Source: Octopus sinensis
Taxonomy: Eukaryota
NCBI RefSeq assembly: GCF_006345805.1
Contig: NW_021832430.1
Coordinates: 434,001-467,000 of the forward strand
Direction of reading: 5' to 3'
Length of the DNA stretch: 33,000 nucleotides
The translations under genes were made by a program, and so were the position numbers. The notes under the pieces were generated by a model, which made no database searches, had not been told where the DNA came from, and saw only the letters and a list, made by a program, of their open reading frames with translations. Of the stretch, positions 30,369 through 33,000 are shown in pieces. Every line of letters begins with the position of its first letter. The first letter of the stretch is position 1.

Positions 30369-31574
30369 GTGCCTATTTTCGTGATTCATGAAATAGAAAA
30401 GTACCCGATAAGCCTAATCAAGATAATAACGATACTTTTCAATGCCAGTTGGGAGACTGGATACGTCCCGAATGCATGGAAGAAAACCGTGGTACGAATG
30501 ATTCCAAAGGCAGGGAAACCTAAAGACCGTGCAGAAAATTTCCGACCCATAAGTCTCATCTGCTCCATATCAAGAATCATGGAACGTATAATCTTTAACA
30601 GATTATCTATTCTCGTGGAGGAGTCAGGTTACCTGGCTAAAGAACAATGGGGTTTCCGACATGGGAAGTCCTGTGGAAACTGCTTTGCCCAACTGGAAAC
30701 GCAAATCTCGAGGGCCCTTACACACAAGATGGGGATGACAGCTGTTTGTCTGGACATTTCAAAGGCGTTCGACAGCGTTTGGCACCTAGGCCTCCTGGAA
30801 AGGATCATCAGTATCCATCCGGGGCAAAGGATTGTCAAATGGCTAGAGAATTTCTTACACATGCGAAAGTCTTTTATCAGATGTGGTAACCGGACCTCGG
30901 ATACAATCAATCTAAGGAGGGGAGTGCCTCAAGGGTCGGTCCTGAGCCCTCTACTTTTCAACTTATACGTTGCCGACATCCCGAAACCAGTAAATCCGGA
31001 AAGTCTACTAATTATCTATGCGGACGACATATTGGTTACGGATCTGTCGCGATCTAAGGACCTCTCTTGGAAAAGGCTGAGGGAATATGTAGCGAGGGTT
31101 GAGTCTTGGGCAATGGAGAAAGCCCTCTCTATAGCACGAGACAAGTCCACCATCACGTGGATTTCTAAAACTCGGAAAGGAAGAGAACCACTTCTGGAGA
31201 CAATGGGACTAAGAATCTCTGACGACCTACGCTACCTTGGGGTAACGATCGGGGCTGACGGATCGTTCCTTAAGTTCGTGGAATCTAGAAGAAGGAAATG
31301 TTCCGGGATCCTGAGAAGCCTTATACGCTTCCATCTCTCCCCAGACACCTTTCTCTTCATCTATAAGGCGACTGTAGAACCAGTCCTTATCTATGGACAT
31401 GAAGGTTGGTACCCTACAGACGAGAGAAATCGCATAATCACCAAACTGGAGAAAACAAGGCGCTTTGCGATTAAACTGGCGTATAAGCTACGGCTTGATC
31501 AGGATCTCCCCAGAGAGCTAGACGAACAAACTCAAAGCATTCGGCAAGTCCTCTGCTCATTGCAAAGGGCATGA
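30369..31574 (+). mobile_element. 5'-truncated jockey/I-group LINE reverse transcriptase, open for ~400 codons
   Basis: NFRPISL, QWGFRHGKS, LDISKAFDSV, GVPQGSVLSPLLFNLY, YADD and YLGV motifs; no endonuclease or ORF1 upstream. Confidence 0.93.
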
Positions 31575-33000
31575 GAAGTGAAAAGGAAGCAAGGAGGAGG
31601 CTTTCGGGGTCTCGATTTTAATAAAACCTTTTCATATAACTCTTCTCTTTCGGTTGCTAAGTCAATAAAATCTGTTCGTTCGTTCGAAAAGTACCAAAAT
31701 TGACTCAAGTTATTAAGTTTTTTTTATAAATAAGTAAATTATTTTAAATAAATAATCAAAATAAATATATAAATTGTCTGTAATTATACAATTTTTATGT
31801 TTAAAAAAATTAGTTCCCTAAATTTAATAATGCGCGTAATTCTTGCGGTAATGTGTTTTGATCTGAAGATAGTTTTTCTCACTGATTACACTCGCTTTAT
31901 CTTTATGCTCCTCGGAACCAATCATCATCGAGCTTAAGTGTTCTGATGGCATTCCTCAAATTCGACAATTTCAACTGAGTTTCCCATTTCAGTATTAGGA
32001 GTTTTTAAAGATGTTTAGATTAGGGTTTAATAGCGACATTTATTGCTCGAAGGTCAAGAACCAGGTTGGACTTGGTAAAATTCATGCAGCGCCAATTTAT
32101 TTTTTAATTTTTGTTTGCGTTGTTTGCTTTGTATATTGCATGACTGTTATTCAAATATTATGTATCTTTCCGCACTTAGATAAAACGATAATTCTCAAAA
32201 AATTGGTATTTAAACTAACTCACAAATACTAGGATATGTTCATTTCATTTGCTTGCTCATTATTGTGTCTCCTTGCAAGTATCCGGTGGAGCAAACATAT
32301 TATCGATCTCCGACACTCTTTAGACCTTCGTCAAATCACTTTTTGCTCGATTCGTGATCACAAATGTGTCTTTATTGAGAGACCAAAACTCATAATCATA
32401 TCTGTTTCTGAGGTTTTAATTTTTGTTAACATAAATCAGGTTTTTTCTTATATTCAAATTTTTCTATGGATCATCTCTTTTTCGTCGAACATAACAAAGA
32501 AAGCTTAATCTCCATAATCACTTGAGAAAATACATTTTTAAAATAATAATCATTAATCGACTACCACTAAGATTCTTTAAGTTCAAATTAATTCGATGAT
32601 TTGGCTCGTCATTTCATAAAGTACAGTGAATAGCAATTAAATCAATTTGTTAGCAACTATAAGTCGGTCTATGAATATCAGAGCTTATTATTAACCCTTC
32701 TCATGTAATAGAACCTTTTTAAGACATGATTCATACATTATAGAGAATCAATATTATTAAGGAAAGTCTTACATCACTCATGAATAAGGGGTTATCTAGT
32801 CTTTAAAATTCGTATGCCAATCCAAATATATTATAAATAAACGTATGGAAATATTTTACAGACTATCAAAAACAAAAAACTAATTAAGAGAATCTATAGC
32901 TTAAAGAACCAACACAAATTCGACATAATAGCATCTCCCTTTCGTGCACTTTTACAAAGACCATCAGGATCTTTTGTTTCTTATGGGAAATTGTTATGTA

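Noticed and set aside
1151-31574. Numerous short antisense ORFs overlapping real genes or TEs, and a possible non-standard genetic code
   Set aside because: They are shadows of the opposite strand or unspliced exon fragments. Every in-frame stop in the genes is explained by micro-introns, so no codon reassignment is needed.
30369-31650. The jockey/I-like LINE as mobiliser of the neighbouring SINE
   Set aside because: No shared 3' tail sequence is visible.
31850-32520. ORFs 32011-32232 and 32236-32508
   Set aside because: Phe/Ile/Leu-rich translations typical of AT-rich non-coding or antisense DNA; no motifs.

Overview
AT-rich, compact eukaryotic (animal) DNA, not prokaryotic. Seven spliced or intronless host genes were reconstructed by hand: a SPATA7-like gene cut by the left edge, ANKUB1, SUMO, an SLC6 transporter, an ALIX/PDCD6IP-like BRO1+V protein, DAD1 and a full-domain TCF/LEF, plus intronless RNPS1 (eight in total). 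They read cleanly in the standard code once tiny spliceosomal introns are removed. Of 40 introns I could place, 36 are 22-29 nt, and two use GC donors. Ciliary genes, an RFX X-box and ~25-nt introns fit a ciliated, reduced animal; a dicyemid mesozoan is my best guess (inference only). The gene islands alternate with transposon debris: CRE-like RLE retroelement pieces, several hAT elements with perfect 8-bp TSDs, a pogo/Tigger element, a jockey/I-like RT and a tRNA-derived SINE. The most unusual structures are (i) a 3-kb Helitron carrying a 12-copy 96-bp satellite, (ii) a 607-bp TGT..ACA element with a 5-bp TSD whose ends are built from the same GA-GC-GNA-GC-GA hairpin as the Helitron terminator, (iii) a 141-nt fold-back downstream of TCF, and (iv) an exact 25-nt copy of RNPS1 coding sequence 1.27 kb upstream of it.
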